DNA from: a virus
Virus record (IMG/VR): IMGVR_UViG_3300021420_000017
Span: 64,001 to 128,000 of that record
Length of the DNA stretch: 64,000 bases
Reading direction: 5' to 3' (one strand)
The first letter of the stretch is position 1. Each line of letters opens with the position of its first letter. The notes under the pieces are model-generated. The model was not told the origin of the DNA and did no database searches. It saw nothing but the letters and a program-made list of their open reading frames with translations. Below, one piece after another: positions 62,453 through 64,000 of the stretch. The translations under genes were made by a program, and so were the position numbers.

Positions 62453-63130
62453 ATGTATCTCGAACCATTGAAGAGTGCCATTGTCGAATCACTGCGACGC
62501 GCTCTCGATGTCGCCTATGTGGACGCTGACTTCACTGCTACGTGGGTCGGTATCGAGTATCCATTCGATGCTGCCAAGTATCCTGGCATCTGGGTTACCT
62601 ATGATGATCGCGATACACTAAAGATCGCTTCCATTGATCACACTGAATATATCGTTGATCATTTAGGCGCTATTCACAAGACGACTCGGTGGACCTTTTC
62701 TGGAACGGTCACGTTGACGATCGTGGCGATGTCGAGCTGGGAACGAGATCGGCTCTACGACCAGATCGTACGGGTCTTCGCCTTCAGCCGGGTCGAGGAT
62801 GCTCCCACCGCCTTCCGGGACACGATCGAGAACAACGACTTCATCGGAGTGAACGTCGACTGGGACGAGCTGCGCCCAGGAGGAGACAGCGCGGCCCCGG
62901 GCACCCCGTGGGGCACCGATGACGAGGTGATCTATGAGAAGAGTCTTAGCTTCGACGTCATCGGAGAGTTCGTCTCCAGCCCCTCCCAGACCACCCTGGT
63001 CAACTTGTCCTCGATCCAGGTCATGGGTGTGACGGAGGCTCCTGACGGGAGCGCTCCGAACGTGCGGCTGCCCGATCTCCCTGCGCCCCCTGAGCCCTCG
63101 GTGGCATTCTCGCCGCACGCTTGGCATTGA
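62453..63130 (+). CDS. tail terminator / sheath-stabiliser-type protein (putative)
   Basis: IEYP...YPGIWV...TLTI.AMSS.ERDRL.D; last gene before the sheath. Confidence 0.5.
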   Translation: MYLEPLKSAIVESLRRALDVAYVDADFTATWVGIEYPFDAAKYPGIWVTYDDRDTLKIASIDHTEYIVDHLGAIHKTTRWTFSGTVTLTIVAMSSWERDRLYDQIVRVFAFSRVEDAPTAFRDTIENNDFIGVNVDWDELRPGGDSAAPGTPWGTDDEVIYEKSLSFDVIGEFVSSPSQTTLVNLSSIQVMGVTEAPDGSAPNVRLPDLPAPPEPSVAFSPHAWH

Positions 63131-63137
63131 CCTCTCC

Positions 63138-63172
63138 TGCCTAGCCGTGACCTGGCGCGCCTGAAGTAGTGA
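63138..63172 (+). promoter_or_regulatory. putative late promoter, copy 8
   Basis: TGCCT-N19-TGAAGTAGTGA. Confidence 0.75.
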
Positions 63173-63214
63173 GGCGAGATCCCAGGCCTAACACAAGGTG
63201 AGGCGAGAAAATTG

Positions 63215-64000
63215 GTGGACTTCCGCAGCGGTTATGTGCCGCCCGGCGTCTATGTCACTGCCGACTCCTCGGGTTCGGTCGGAGTCGTCGGCGTCGGTGC
63301 AACAGTCGTCTGCCTAGTCGGGCGAGGGTTGGGTTACAACACCTTCACCGAGACGGTGAGCTTCGCCGGGGGCAATGTCGCGCCTTTGACTCAGCAGGGA
63401 ATCGACCCGGAATCGATCGTGGTTTTCGACTCATCCCAGACCTATGTCGAGGACGCCAGCCCGACTCTGCATGACTACTCGGTGGTACAGACCGGATCCG
63501 GGCCCACTCTCGTCACCACGATCAACCGCGAGCCCAGCGGGGCGCTTCCTACCTCGACCACCGTGACGGTGCATGATCACTACACCAACTCGACCTACTA
63601 CGGGCTGAACAGCTTCTCCGACTATGCCAGCTTCGTTGACGTCTATGGCCAGCCGTTCGATCCGAGCACCGGCAACCTGATCAGCCCGTTGAGCATGGCA
63701 GCCCAGGTGGCCTTCCAGAACGGCGCCAACGTGATCTTCGCGGTGTCGCTGTCGGGGACCGGCAGTACCGCCAGTCAGTTCGCCGCCGCGCTCGCGCTCA
63801 CCCTGACCAACTTCGATATCAACATCGTGGTGCCCCTCTATGAGGACGCCACGAATGGCACGACTGCCGAAAGTTACCTCGGCGCGCTGGAGAGTTACCT
63901 CGTAACGGCCGAGGCCGATGGCTATCCTCGGATCGCCCTCGTGGGCCTGCCGCAGGCCTTCACTGGAACCGGGCCGGACGTACTGGCCACCCAGGTTGCT
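63215..64000 (+). CDS. tail sheath protein, truncated by the window edge
   Basis: My translation: MDFRSGYVPPGVYV...F.DVYGQPF...SPLSMAAQVAFQNGA. Open to the end of the window. Confidence 0.8.
   Translation, partial: MDFRSGYVPPGVYVTADSSGSVGVVGVGATVVCLVGRGLGYNTFTETVSFAGGNVAPLTQQGIDPESIVVFDSSQTYVEDASPTLHDYSVVQTGSGPTLVTTINREPSGALPTSTTVTVHDHYTNSTYYGLNSFSDYASFVDVYGQPFDPSTGNLISPLSMAAQVAFQNGANVIFAVSLSGTGSTASQFAAALALTLTNFDINIVVPLYEDATNGTTAESYLGALESYLVTAEADGYPRIALVGLPQAFTGTGPDVLATQVA

Noticed and set aside
16904-63172. TGAAGTAGTGA repeats as a CRISPR array or other repeat array
   Set aside because: The copies are kilobases apart, at gene boundaries and co-oriented with genes. No repeat-spacer array or cas gene was seen anywhere in the window.

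Overview
This is a GC-rich 64 kb segment of a large actinobacterial myovirus (contractile-tail phage). Its capsid, portal, protease and sheath resemble, from my recollection of those families, mycobacteriophage cluster C / Rhodococcus E3-type phages. The left 17 kb is an early/middle accessory region: a minus-strand prs-like/nadV-like/nrtR-like NAD operon, many small hypothetical genes, a thyX locus interrupted by an HNH endonuclease, a nucleotidyltransferase, an ECF-like sigma factor and a degenerate tRNA. From 16.9 kb to the end is the virion region: Zn-finger-rich head polyproteins, a portal with a mini-intein, a 1635-aa protein with a LAGLIDADG intein and a NUDIX domain, protease-scaffold, decoration protein, major capsid, tail fibres, GH25 endolysin/holin, neck proteins and a truncated tail sheath. 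Most notable observations: (1) A perfect 66-bp inverted copy of the major-capsid 3' end, plus 10-bp direct repeats, brackets a reverse-strand three-gene endonuclease island (6xHTH array, PD-(D/E)xK nuclease, degenerate paralogue). Inverting this segment would swap the capsid C-terminus. (2) An HNH cassette carries a replacement thyX 5' end and strands the old one. (3) A bipartite late promoter, TGYCY-N18/19-TGAAGTAGTGA, occurs in 8 near-exact copies plus variants. (4) A kink-turn-like motif covers the ribosome-binding site of the capsid operon. (5) Conserved motifs are repeatedly written in A/T-ending codons. All annotations come from reading motifs by eye; no searches were run.
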